A stretch of 64,000 nucleotides of DNA from Eledone cirrhosa (taxonomy: Eukaryota), in the NCBI GenBank assembly GCA_964016885.1, contig OZ024743.1, positions 291,524,001 to 291,588,000 on the forward strand, given 5' to 3'. A program made the translations under genes and the position numbers. The notes beneath the pieces were generated by a model. It saw only the letters and a program-made list of their open reading frames with translations. It was not told the DNA's origin and made no database searches. The first letter of the stretch is position 1; every line of letters begins with the position of its first letter. Of this stretch, positions 40,791 through 54,700 are shown piece after piece.

Positions 40791-41696
40791 ACGTATGTGT
40801 GTGAGTGTGTTCCAGCGTGAGTGTGTTTGTTTATAAAATCGTTGTTGAAATACCAAGATATGCTAATGGGACATTAAACAACGAAATTCATACGTTCTGT
40901 CTCAGACACCTAAGTCATCTATTAACATCAAATGTTCGATACAAATACGCATTCTACAAGTTAAAAGCAATAGCAATTATTTAATGCACTTACATAAATA
41001 TTTTATTTTCAAAAACATTTAAAATTTTAGAACAACAATTTACTCGTAATATATGCGTTGCCCTTATTTCAGAAAGTTTCGTTACAGTTTTATATTTATA
41101 TATATTTTTTCTCATAGCCTATATAATTAATTAATAAATTGATTAATAGATTGATTAATTATTTATAGTTTATTTGATAACCTAGTTGAGAGCTTGCCTT
41201 GGAGACTGTGAATAAATTCCTTTGTTCACACTTTTGAATTTGCCCACCATGTCCGGATGTGTAACTTCCTCTATTCTTGAGGAAGAACACGTGACCCCGC
41301 TACCACGAGTACTTAACATTGTAGTTAATAAGCTACGCTGGTGGATAACGGAACGAAATGCTTGCGAGAAAGGGATATGCTCATTCCATCTTTGGATAGA
41401 TTACAGGCTTACATGTTACGGAACTTGGAGTGCAGCTTTCAAACTCCCAGAAACCAATATTTATATATCTATCGATCAGGTCCAAGTTCGTATTTAACCT
41501 GTTTGTATTTTCGTTGTTGTAGTGGCAATGTGGCAACAAGTCTCCGTTCGTAATTTTCACTGTCTCACACCCCTAACGTATTGTTATTACTCTGAGGTAT
41601 GTTTTATCGATATTCCCTCATTGAGTGCTTTGTAACAGCCTCAAGAGATTGATTTCGAAAGACGGCAAACGCAGCTACAACATCGATTTTAATCAC

Positions 41697-41740
<44 letters not shown>

Positions 41741-41763
41741 AGTGTGTGTGGGTGTGTGTGTGT

Positions 41764-41817
<54 letters not shown>

Positions 41818-42185
41818 TCATTTATTTATATATATACTTCAAAGACGTTCTATCTGTTCTACCACTTCGCCCGTGTATGTATATATATATAATTCTACCT
41901 TTGAAAGTAACATTCTAATGCTACAGATATTAACGAACACGTTCATGTTTTTATGTTTATATATTTGTTTGTTCACTATCTAAACCATATATATATACAT
42001 ATGTATATATTCGATCGATAATAGTGATGTTTAATGTTGGTAATTAATAATTTAAAGATTATTACAATAGGATTTTAACATTTCTTTGAATATACATACG
42101 AACGCATAAACACACAACTACAGACTCATAATATGTATAATTATATATCTCGCTATATAGACATATATATATATATATATATATA

Positions 42186-42305
42186 TAGGAAAATAGTGAG
42201 GGAGTATCCAACGGCTGAGCTCCAGTTATCCACTCTACTACCCTAAGTATCGAGTACTCTGGTGCGTTATGGTCCACCTGATTCCTTACCATACTTCCTC
42301 CGTCA
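42186..42305 (-). mobile_element. Head+hairpin family copy that has lost the hairpin centre
   Basis: Reverse complement of the 60711 head (GGTAAGGAATCAGGTGGACCATAACGCACC) joined to a single arm remnant GGCTGAGCTC. Confidence 0.6.
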
Positions 42306-42341
42306 TATATAAATATATATATATATATGTGTGTGTACATA

Positions 42342-42382
<41 letters not shown>

Positions 42383-42436
42383 CGTTTCTGAATTTGTTTA
42401 GCAAGATTCTTTATCTGAAAACGTGTGTTGAAACCG

Positions 42437-42588
42437 ATATTGTGATACTTTGGGACGATCATGTTGCCAATAAGAAACACGCACTAGTTGCTTTCACTCC
42501 AATTTATTATAAATTAAATTTATAATAAATTGGAGTGGAATATGTGGTGCGTGTGTTTATTAATGGCAACATGACCCTCGCAAAGCAT

Positions 42589-42595
<7 letters not shown>
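42437..42595. repeat. Fold-back made of two 3' termini of a PLE family related to 17686-17770
   Basis: TATTGTGATACTTTGGGA...CAATAAGAAACACGCAC...CAATTTATTATA matches 17686-17765 and is mirrored at ~42520-42595. Confidence 0.7.
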
Positions 42596-42631
<36 letters not shown>

Positions 42632-43229
42632 TGTGTCTCTGTATGTGTGTAGTCACATTCTTATTTGCATTTATTTAGTCATATATACATAGATATTCAT
42701 ATATCATGAATATAAAACTGTAGCTCTGCTTCCTAAAAGCTAAAATTTAATATTGTACCATGTATATGTATCTAATATATAAAAAGAAACAATAAATATT
42801 TCATATTATTGAATGAGACCGTAGTCTAAAACTGTATTAATATTTATGAATGAAAAATCAATGGTGTTTCAATCCTACTGAAAGATTATGAACGGTAACA
42901 ACAATGAAACCAATATAAAGTTATGTATGGTATGTGTACATGATAATTGGAAACCTTGGTGTGATTTTAACCGTTTGCTCTATCTTATACCTGGATGAAA
43001 AAGTATTTCTATGCTGAACTATGAAAAATTAGATATAAAACAGGTATACTTCGATAAAATATGTAGACTTAAACCATACGTAGCTCTGTTTATGTTTTAA
43101 TATTTATATATATTTCGTCAAATGAAATGAAAAAGTATATACATCTGAATATTATAGATCACATAAAAATAATTTAACTCTAGTAGACCAACATATATAT
43201 ATATATGTATATACTATATATGTATATGT

Positions 43230-43274
<45 letters not shown>

Positions 43275-44362
43275 CATGTATGCATGTATGTATTTATTGT
43301 TTCCCTTTCCTTATCGAACAAAGCAATTTTCTAAAAGATATGAGATATATGAAAACCAAAACACCCATACACCACACCAGTCTTCAATAAAGTAAACGTA
43401 TAGAATTCATATAGACTCCTATGCAACAAGCACTTTTTTGAAAGATTACGTTTTCTGAATAAAAAGAAAAAACGAACCCTTGAGCACAACTATTGTTGGA
43501 AAATGTGTTCTTACTTCTTAATTTTTGTTTGAATTTCATACATTATTTCTAACTTCATCTATTATATCTGGGTCAATATTTTTTCGCTAAATTAAGAAGA
43601 AAATGTGTTCTACTTCAAGTTCAGAAGACTATATTAGAAATATATTATTAAACTCCTTTTTAAGAAAATTTAGTGTTATTTATAACAACTTAGATATGGA
43701 AATGAACAAGAGAAATAATATTTTCAAGTAAATTTATATCGTATAATTTAAACACGCCCGATTTATATCTCCTTATATTGAGGACTAGGTTTCCATTTTG
43801 CTGCATGGCATTCACTATAGATTTCGTCGACCGAATTATCGTATAGAGTTGTTTGCAGACATATTATAACGTAAAACTTCATGAAGCAACGTAACATTGT
43901 TTACACAAAGGTACGTTGAGGTATAATTATTCTGCTGTAGAAGGAAAGGCAGTGAACAAATGACTGAAATAGTTAGGGGGATAACTCATGAAGCAGATAT
44001 TCATTTACCACTTGAATGAACACCAATCGCTGAAGTTTAAGGATGATCCAACTATTCAAGTTTTAGAAAATTATACTCGAGAGCTTCAAGAACTAGATGT
44101 TATCAAAAGATAACACAATCTAATTTCTCCACCATTTTCTTTTAACATTCATTCCAGTCTTCCTCCCTCTGTAATACTGGTGTAACCGTGTAAAACTTCA
44201 GCCCACTTCTTTCATATACATTTAAATATCTTAAGTTAGTATTTGTTCATTCACTCTCGTAGAGTCACGTGGATTTTACAAGTAACTACTTACACGAGAT
44301 GGAACAGAAAAATAAAAAGATATCGTTTGAATTAATCCAAGTTCACACTCGCACACATACAC

Positions 44363-44467
<105 letters not shown>

Positions 44468-44794
44468 GATAGAGAGTGTGGGTGAGAGAAATTACGGAAG
44501 ACACCGAATTTAATAGCTCACGCGCTCAATGAGATATCAAGGGTGCAGTTTATTGCTTGTTCGTTGCATGAGAGAGCAAACAAATAGCTATTTAGTGTGT
44601 TTTGAGGCAGTGTTCTTCATATGTATATATATATATGTATATAGTATTTAATTAGTATTTTTAATTAGTATTTTTAATTATTATTTGTAATTACTATTTT
44701 TCAATCGAGCTAACTTGGTTGTTTGCAATGCGAACACATGTTTCTTGTATCAGTGTTTATGCCTATCATATATTCATTTACGGCTCGAACATAT

Positions 44795-44889
44795 TCCTTT
44801 TTTTTTTTCGCTATTTAATTGTAAAAGACTATTTGAGTTTATAACTCTATATAAAATATATATGTATATATATGAAGGACACACACACG

Positions 44890-44946
<57 letters not shown>
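44795..44946 (+). repeat. Left copy of the direct duplication flanking the array (putative target-site duplication)
   Basis: TCC(T)11CGCTATTTAATTGTAAAAGAC...GAAGGACACACACACGC(AC)n(AT)n is repeated at 57874. Confidence 0.85.
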
Positions 44947-44952
<6 letters not shown>

Positions 44953-45363
44953 TGAAACAAAATGAAAACGAAATTTCATTTCTCACTCTTAGTATGGCAC
45001 TTACTTAAATGTAAGTATGCATGTATACGTACATACATATATGTATACAGACGTACATTAGCATGCACATATATATATATACATATATATATACATATGC
45101 ATACAGGTACACATACATATATGCACGTATCAGTTTAGCGGCGCTAACGTCGCTTGGTTCGTTTGTAAACAAACTGAACAGCCTGAATTTATGCCATACG
45201 GTGTTAAGGCAACCACGTCACCTTTTTGTTCAACACTGACACAGGAACGATGTACTAGTTTCAAGCTTGTTAGCTATCATCAGCACTGTTTACCCATCTG
45301 CCAGATAGTTGAACGTTCGAAAGTATATACTTTCCTTATGAAAATTAACGGCTGAGCAGCCTA

Positions 45364-45371
45364 ATTTGCAT
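45364..45371 (-). promoter_or_regulatory. Octamer motif ATGCAAAT (one per unit), candidate snRNA-type distal element
   Basis: ATTTGCAT on plus in all array units and in the diverged copies at ~2862, 25.5-26.5 kb and ~32338. Function is inferred. Confidence 0.5.
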
Positions 45372-45703
45372 ATTGAGTGAGTTAAATCGGTCAGGCATAC
45401 CGAAAACGATAAATTGAAACAAAATGAAAACGAAATTTCATTTCTCACTCTTAGTTTGGCACTTACTTAAATGTAAGTATGCATGTATACGTACATACAT
45501 ATATGTATACAGACGTACAGTAGCATGCACATATATATACATATATATATACATATGCATACAGGTACACATACATATATGCACGTATCAGTTTAGCGGC
45601 GCTAACGTCGATTTGTTCGTTTGTAAACAAACTGAACAGCCTGAATTTATGCCATACGGTGTTAAGGCAGCCACGTCACCTTTTTGTTCAACACTGACAC
45701 AGG

Positions 45704-45748
45704 AACGATGTACTAGTTTCAAGCTTGTTAGCTATCATCAGCACCGTT
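45704..45748 (-). ncRNA. Minimal type I hammerhead, representative array copy (first at 45246-45290, last at 57636-57680)
   Basis: AACGGTG-CTGATGA-TAGC TAACAA GCTT-GAAA-CTAG-TA-CATCGTT: 7-bp stem I with one G.U, palindrome ACTAGT, predicted cut between 45711 and 45710. Confidence 0.9.
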
Positions 45749-48700
45749 TACCCATCTGCCAGATAGTTGAACGTTCGAAAGTATATACTTTCCTTATGAA
45801 AATTAACTGCTGAGCAGCCTAATTTGCATATTGAGTGAGTTCAATCGGTCAGGCATACCGAAAACGATAAATTGAAACAAAATGAAAACGAAATTTCATT
45901 TCTCACTCTTAGTATGGCACTTACTTAAATGTAAGTATGCATGTATACGTACATACATATATGTATACAGACGTACAGTAGCATGCACATATATATATAT
46001 ACATATATATATACATATGCATACAGGTACACATACATATATGCACGTATCAGTTTAGCGGCGCTAACGTCGCTTTGTTCGTTTGTAAACAAACTGAACA
46101 GCCTGAATTTATGCCATACGGTGTTAAGGCAACCACGTCACCTTTTTGTTCAACACTGACACAGGAACGATGTACTAGTTTCAAGCTTGTTAGCTATCAT
46201 CAGCACCGTTTACCCATCTGCCAGATAGTTGAACGTTCGAAAGTATATACTTTCCTTATGAAAATTAACGGCTGAGCAGCCCAATTTGCATATTGAGTGA
46301 GTTAAATCGGTCAGGCATACCGAAAACGATAAATTGAAACAAAATGAAAACGAAATTTCATTTCTCACTCTTAGTATGGCACTTACTTAAATGTAAGTAT
46401 GCATGTATACGTACATACATATATGTATACAGACGTACAGTAGCATGCACATATATATATATACATATATATATACATATGCATACAGGTACACATACAT
46501 ATATGCACGTATCAGTTTAGCGGCGCTAACGTCGATTTGTTCGTTTGTAAACAAACTGAACAGCCTGAATTTATGCCATACGGTGTTAAGGCAACCACGT
46601 CACCTTTTTGTTCAACACTGACACAGGAACGATGTACTAGTTTCAAGCTTGTTAGCTATCATCAGCACCGTTTATCCATCTGCCAGATAGTTGAACGTTC
46701 GAAAGTATATACTTTCCTTATGAAAATTAACGGCTGAGCAGCCTAATTTGCATATTGAGTGAGTTCAATCGGTCAGGCATACCGAAAACGATAAATTGAA
46801 ACAAAATGAAAACGAAATTTCATTTCTCACTCTTAGTATGGCACTTACTTAAATGTAAGTATCTATGTATACGTACATACATATATGTATACAGACGTAC
46901 AGTAGCATGCACATATATATATATATACATATATATATACATATGCATACAGGTACACATACATATATGCACGTATCAGTTTAGCGGCGCTAACGTCGCT
47001 TTGTTCGTTTGTAAACAAACTGAACAGCATGAATTTATGCCATACGGTGTTAAGGCAACCACGTCACCTTTTTGTTCAACACTGACACAGGAACGATGTA
47101 CTAGTTTCAAGCTTGTTAGCTATCATCAGCACCGTTTACCCATCTGCCAGATAGTTGAACGTTCGAAAGTAAATACTTTCCTTATGAAAATTAACGGCTG
47201 AGCAGCCTAATTTGCATATTGAGTGAGTTAAATCGGTCAGGCATACCGAAAACGATAAATTGAAACAAAATGAAAACGAAATTTCATTTCTCACTCTTAG
47301 TATGGCACTTACTTAAATGTAAGTATGCATGTATACGTACATACATATTTGTATACAGACGTACAGTAGCATGCACATATATATATATACATATATATAT
47401 ACATATGCATACAGGTACACATACATATATGCACGTATCAGTTTAGCGGCGCTAACGTCGCTTTGTTCGTTTGTAAACAAACTGAACAGCCTGAATTTAT
47501 GCCATACGGTGTTAAGGCAACCACGTCACCTTTTTGTTCAACACTGACACAGGAACGATGTACTAGTTTCAAGCTTGTTAGCTATCATCAGCACCGTTTA
47601 CCCATCTGCCAGATAGTTGAACGTTCGAAAGTATATACTTTCCTTATGAAAATTAACGGCTGAGCAGCCTAATTTGCATATTGAGTGAGTTAAATCGGTC
47701 AGGCATACCGAAAACGATAAATTGAAACAAAATGAAAACGAAATTTCATTTCTCACTCTTAGTATGGCACTTACTTAAATGTAAGTATGCATGTATACGT
47801 ACATACATATATGTATACAGACGTACAGTAGCATGCACATATATATATATACATATATATATACATATGCATACAGGTACACATACATATATGCACGTAT
47901 CAGTTTAGCGGCGCTAACGTCGCTTTGTTCGTTTGTAAACAAACTGAACAGCCTGAATTTATGCCATACGGTGTTAAGGCAACCACGTCACCTTTTTGTT
48001 CAACACTGACACAGGAACGATGTACTAGTTTCAAGCTTGTTAGCTATCATCAGCACCGTTTACCCATCTGCCAGATAGTTGAACGTTCGAAAGTATATAC
48101 TTTCCTTATGAAAATTAACGGCTGAGCAGCCTAATTTGCATATTGAGTGAGTTCAATCGGTCAGGCATACCGAAAACGATAAATTGAAACAAAATGAAAA
48201 CGAAATTTCATTTCTCACTCTTAGTATGGCACTTACTTAAATGTAAGTATGCATGTATACGTACATACATATATGTATACAGACGTACAGTAGCATGCAC
48301 ATATATATATATACATATATATATACATATGCATACAGGTACACATACAAATATGCACGTATCAGTTTAGCGGCGCTAACGTCGCTTTGTTCGTTTGTAA
48401 ACAAACTGAACAGCCTGAATTTATGCCATACGGTGTTAAGGCAACCACGTCACCTTTTTGTTCAACACTGACACAGGAACGATGTACTAGTTTCAAGCTT
48501 GTTAGCTATCATCAGCACCGTTTACCCATCTGCCAGATAGTTGAACGTTCGAAAGTATATACTTTCCTTATGAAAATTAACGGCTGAGCAGCCTAATTTG
48601 CATATTGAGTGAGTTAAATCGGTCAGGCATACCGAAAACGATAAATTGAAACAAAATGAAAACGAAATTTCATTTCTCACTCTTAGTATGGCACTTACTT

Positions 48701-51700
48701 AAATGTAAGTATGCATGTATACGTACATACATATATGTATACAGACGTACAGTAGCATGCACATATATATATATACATATATATATACATATGCATACAG
48801 GTACACATACATATATGCACGTATCAGTTTAGCGGCGCTAACGTCGCTTTGTTCGTTTGTAAACAAACTGAACAGCCTGAATTTATGCCATACGGTGTTA
48901 AGGCAACCACGTCACCTTTTTGTTCAACACTGACACAGGAACGATGTACTAGTTTCAAGCTTGTTAGCTATCATCAGCACCGTTTACCCATCTGCCAGAT
49001 AGTTGAACGTTCGAAAGTATATACTTTCCTTATGAAAATTAACGGCTGAGCAGCCTAATTTGCATATTGAGTGAGTTAAATCGGTCAGGCATACCGAAAA
49101 CGATAAATTGAAACAAAATGAAAACGAAATTTCATTTCTCACTCTTAGTATGGCACTTACTTAAATGTAAGTATGCATGTATACGTACATACATATATGT
49201 ATACAGACGTACAGTAGCATGCACATATATATATATACATATATATATACATATGCATACAGGTACACATACATATATGCACGTATCAGTTTAGCGGCGC
49301 TAACGTCGCTTTGTTCGTTTGTAAACAAACTGAACAGCCTGAATTTATGCCATACGGTGTTAAGGCAACCACGTCACCTTTTTGTTCAACACTGACACAG
49401 GAACGATGTACTAGTTTCAAGCTTGTTAGCTATCATCAGCACCGTTTATCCATCTGCCAGATAGTTGAACGTTCGAAAGTATATACTTTCCTTATGAAAA
49501 TTAACGGCTGAGCAGCCTAATTTGCATATTGAGTGAGTTCAATCGGTCAGGCATACCGAAAACGATAAATTGAAACAAAATGAAAACGAAATTTCATTTC
49601 TCACTCTTAGTATGGCACTTACTTAAATGTAAGTATCTATGTATACGTACATACATATATGTATACAGACGTACAGTAGCATGCACATATATATATATAT
49701 ACATATATATATACATATGCATACAGGTACACATACATATATGCACGTATCAGTTTAGCGGCGCTAACGTCGCTTTGTTCGTTTGTAAACAAACTGAACA
49801 GCATGAATTTATGCCATACGGTGTTAAGGCAACCACGTCACCTTTTTGTTCAACACTGACACAGGAACGATGTACTAGTTTCAAGCTTGTTAGCTATCAT
49901 CAGCACCGTTTACCCATCTGCCAGATAGTTGAACGTTCGAAAGTAAATACTTTCCTTATGAAAATTAACGGCTGAGCAGCCTAATTTGCATATTGAGTGA
50001 GTTAAATCGGTCAGGCATACCGAAAACGATAAATTGAAACAAAATGAAAACGAAATTTCATTTCTCACTCTTAGTATGGCACTTACTTAAATGTAAGTAT
50101 GCATGTATACGTACATACATATTTGTATACAGACGTACAGTAGCATGCACATATATATATATACATATATATATACATATGCATACAGGTACACATACAT
50201 ATATGCACGTATCAGTTTAGCGGCGCTAACGTCGCTTTGTTCGTTTGTAAACAAACTGAACAGCCTGAATTTATGCCATACGGTGTTAAGGCAACCACGT
50301 CACCTTTTTGTTCAACACTGACACAGGAACGATGTACTAGTGTCAAGCTTGTTAGCTATCATCAGCACCGTTTACCCATCTGCCAGATAGTTGAACGTTC
50401 GAAAGTATATACTTTCCTTATGAAAATTAACGGCTGAGCAGCCTAATTTGCATATTGAGTGAGTTAAATCGGTCAGGCATACCGAAAACGATAAATTGAA
50501 ACAAAATGAAAACGAAATTTCATTTCTCACTCTTAGTATGGCACTTACTTAAATGTAAGTATGCATGTATACGTACATACATATATGTATACAGACGTAC
50601 AGTAGCATGCACATATATATATATACATATATATATACATATGCATACAGGTACACATACATATATGCACGTATCAGTTTAGCGGCGCTAACGTCGATTT
50701 GTTCGTTTGTAAACAAACTGAACAGCCTGAATTTATGCCATACGGTGTTAAGGCAACCACGTCACCTTTTTGTTCAACACTGACACAGGAACGATGTACT
50801 AGTTTCAAGCTTGTTAGCTATCATCAGCACCGTTTACCCATCTGCCAGATAGTTGAACGTTCGAAAGTATATACTTTCCTTATGAAAATTATCGGCTGAG
50901 CAGCCTAATTTGCATATTGAGTGAGTTCAATCGGTCAGGCATACCGAAAACGATAAATTGAAACAAAATGAAAACGAAATTTCATTTCTCACTCTTAGTA
51001 TGGCACTTACTTAAATGTTAGTATGCATGTATACGTACATACATATATGTATACAGACGTACAGTAGCATGCACATATATATATATACATATATATATAC
51101 ATATGCATACAGGTACACATACATATATGCACGTATCAGTTTAGCGGCGCTAACGTCGCTTTGTTCGTTTGTAAACAAACTGAACAGCCTGAATTTATGC
51201 CATACGGTGTTAAGGCAACCACGTCACCTTTTTGTTCAACACTGACACAGGAACGATGTACTAGTTTCAAGCTTGTTAGCTATCATCAGCACCGTTTACC
51301 CATCTGCCAGATAGTTGAACGTTCGAAAGTATATACTTTCCTTATGAAAATTAACGGCTGAGCAGCCTAATTTGCATATTGAGTGAGTTCAATCGGTCAG
51401 GCATACCGAAAACGATAAATTGAAACAAAATGAAAACGAAATTTCATTTCTCACTCTTAGTATGGCACTTACTTAAATGTAAGTATGCATGTATACGTAC
51501 ATACATATATGTATACAGACGTACAGTAGCATGCACATATATATATATACATATATATATACATATGCATACAGGTACACATACAAATATGCACGTATCA
51601 GTTTAGCGGCGCTAACGTCGCTTTGTTCGTTTGTAAACAAACTGAACAGCCTGAATTTATGCCATACGGTGTTAAGGCAACCACGTCACCTTTTTGTTCA

Positions 51701-54700
51701 ACACTGACACAGGAACGATGTACTAGTTTCAAGCTTGTTAGCTATCATCAGCACCGTTTACCCATCTGCCAGATAGTTGAACGTTCGAAAGTATATACTT
51801 TCCTTATGAAAATTAACGGCTGAGCAGCCTAATTTGCATATTGAGTGAGTTAAATCGGTCAGGCATACCGAAAACGATAAATTGAAACAAAATGAAAACG
51901 AAATTTCATTTCTCACTCTTAGTATGGCACTTACTTAAATGTAAGTATGCATGTATACGTACATACATATATGTATACAGACGTACAGTAGCATGCACAT
52001 ATATATATATACATATATATATACATATGCATACAGGTACACATACATATATGCACGTATCAGTTTAGCGGCGCTAACGTCGCTTTGTTCGTTTGTAAAC
52101 AAACTGAACAGCCTGAATTTATGCCATACGGTGTTAAGGCAACCACGTCACCTTTTTGTTCAACACTGACACAGGAACGATGTACTAGTTTCAAGCTTGT
52201 TAGCTATCATCAGCACCGTTTACCCATCTGCCAGATAGTTGAACGTTCGAAAGTATATACTTTCCTTATGAAAATTAACGGCTGAGCAGCCTAATTTGCA
52301 TATTGAGTGAGTTAAATCGGTCAGGCATACCGAAAACGATAAATTGAAACAAAATGAAAACGAAATTTCATTTCTCACTCTTAGTATGGCACTTACTTAA
52401 ATGTAAGTATGCATGTATACGTACATACATATATGTATACAGACGTACAGTAGCATGCACATATATATATATACATATATATATACATATGCATACAGGT
52501 ACACATACATATATGCACGTATCAGTTTAGCGGCGCTAACGTCGCTTTGTTCGTTTGTAAACAAACTGAACAGCCTGAATTTATGCCATACGGTGTTAAG
52601 GCAACCACGTCACCTTTTTGTTCAACACTGACACAGGAACGATGTACTAGTTTCAAGCTTGTTAGCTATCATCAGCACCGTTTACCCATCTGCCAGATAG
52701 TTGAACGTTCGAAAGTATATACTTTCCTTATGAAAATTAACGGCTGAGCAGCCTAATTTGCATATTGAGTGAGTTAAATCGGTCAGGCATACCGAAAACG
52801 ATAAATTGAAACAAAATGAAAACGAAATTTCATTTCTCACTCTTAGTATGGCACTTACTTAAATGTAAGAATGCATGTATACGTACATACATATACGTAT
52901 ACAGACGTACAGTAGCATGCACATATATATATATACATATATATATACATTTGCATACAGGTACACATACATATATGCACGTATCAGTTTAGCGGCGCTA
53001 ACGTCGATTTGTTCGTTTGTAAACAAACTGAACAGCCTGAATTTATGCCATACGGTGTTAAGGCAACCACGTCACCTTTTTGTTCAACACTGACACAGGA
53101 ACGATGTACTAGTTTCAAGCTTGTTAGCTATCATCAGCACCGTTTACCCATCTGCCAGATAGTTGAACGTTCGAAAGTATATACTTTCCTTATGAAAATT
53201 AACGGCTGAGCAGCCTAATTTGCATATTGAGTGAGTTCAATCGGTCAGGCATACCGAAAACGATAAATTGAAACAAAATGAAAACGAAATTTCATTTCTC
53301 ACTCTTAGTATGGCACTTACTTAAATGTAAGTATGTATGTATACGTACATACATATATGTATACAGACGTACAGTAGCATGCACATATATATATATACAT
53401 ATATATATACATATGCATACAGGTACACATACATATATGCACGTATCAGTTTAGCGGCGCTAACGTCGCTTTGTTCGTTTGTAAACAAACTGAACAGCCT
53501 GAATTTATGCCATACGGTGTTAAGTCAACCACGTCACCTTTTTGTTCAACACTGACACAGGAACGATGTACTAGTTTCAAGCTTGTTAGCTATCATCAGC
53601 ACCGTTTACCCATCTGCCAGATAGTTGAACGTTCGAAAGTATATACTTTCCTTATGAAAATTAACGGCTGAGCAGCCTAATTTGCATATTGAGTGAGTTC
53701 AATCGGTCAGGCATACCGAAAACGATAAATTGAAACAAAATGAAAACGAAATTTCATTTCTCACTCTTAGTATGGCACTTACTTAAATGTAAGTATGCAT
53801 GTATACGTACATACATATATCTATACAGACGTACAGTAGCATGCACATATATATATATACATATATATATACATATGCATACAGGTACACATACATATAT
53901 GCACGTATCAGTTTAGCGGCGCTAACGTCGATTTGTTCGTTTGTAAACAAACTGAACAGCCTGAATTTATGCCATACGGTGTTAAGGCAACCACGTCACC
54001 TTTTTGTTCAACACTGACACAGGAACGATGTACTAGTTTCAAGCTTGTTAGCTATCATCAGCACCATTTACCCATCTGCCAGATAGTTGAACGTTCGAAA
54101 GTATATACTTTCCTTATGAAAATTAACGGCTGAGCAGCCTAATTTGCATATTGAGTGAGTTCAATCGGTCAGGCATACCGAAAACGATAAATTGAAACAA
54201 AATGAAAACGAAATTTCATTTCTCACTCTTAATATGGCACTTACTTAAATGTAAGTATGCATGTATACGTACATACATATATGCACGTATCAGTTTAGCG
54301 GCGCTAACGTCGCTTTGTTCGTTTGTAAACAAACTGAACAGCCTGAATTTATGCCATACGGTGTTAAGGCAACCACGTCACCTTTTTGTTCAACACTGAC
54401 ACAGGAACGATGTACTAGTTTCAAGCTTGTTAGCTATCATCAGCACCGTTTACCCATCTGCCAGATAGTTGAACGTTCGAAAGTATATACTTTCCTTATG
54501 AAAATTAACGGCTGAGCAGCCTAATTTGCATATTGAGTGAGTTAAATCGGTCAGGCATACCGAAAACGATAAATTGAAACAAAATGAAAACGAAATTTCA
54601 TTTCTCACTCTTAGTATGGCACTTACTTAAATGTAAGTATGCATGTATACGTACATACATATATGTATACAGACGTACAGTAGCATGCACATATATATAT

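Noticed and set aside
43960-44112. Short open frame LMKQIF...KDDPT...IKR*
   Set aside because: Only a faint resemblance to PLE N-terminal DPT motifs, with no splice or homology support.
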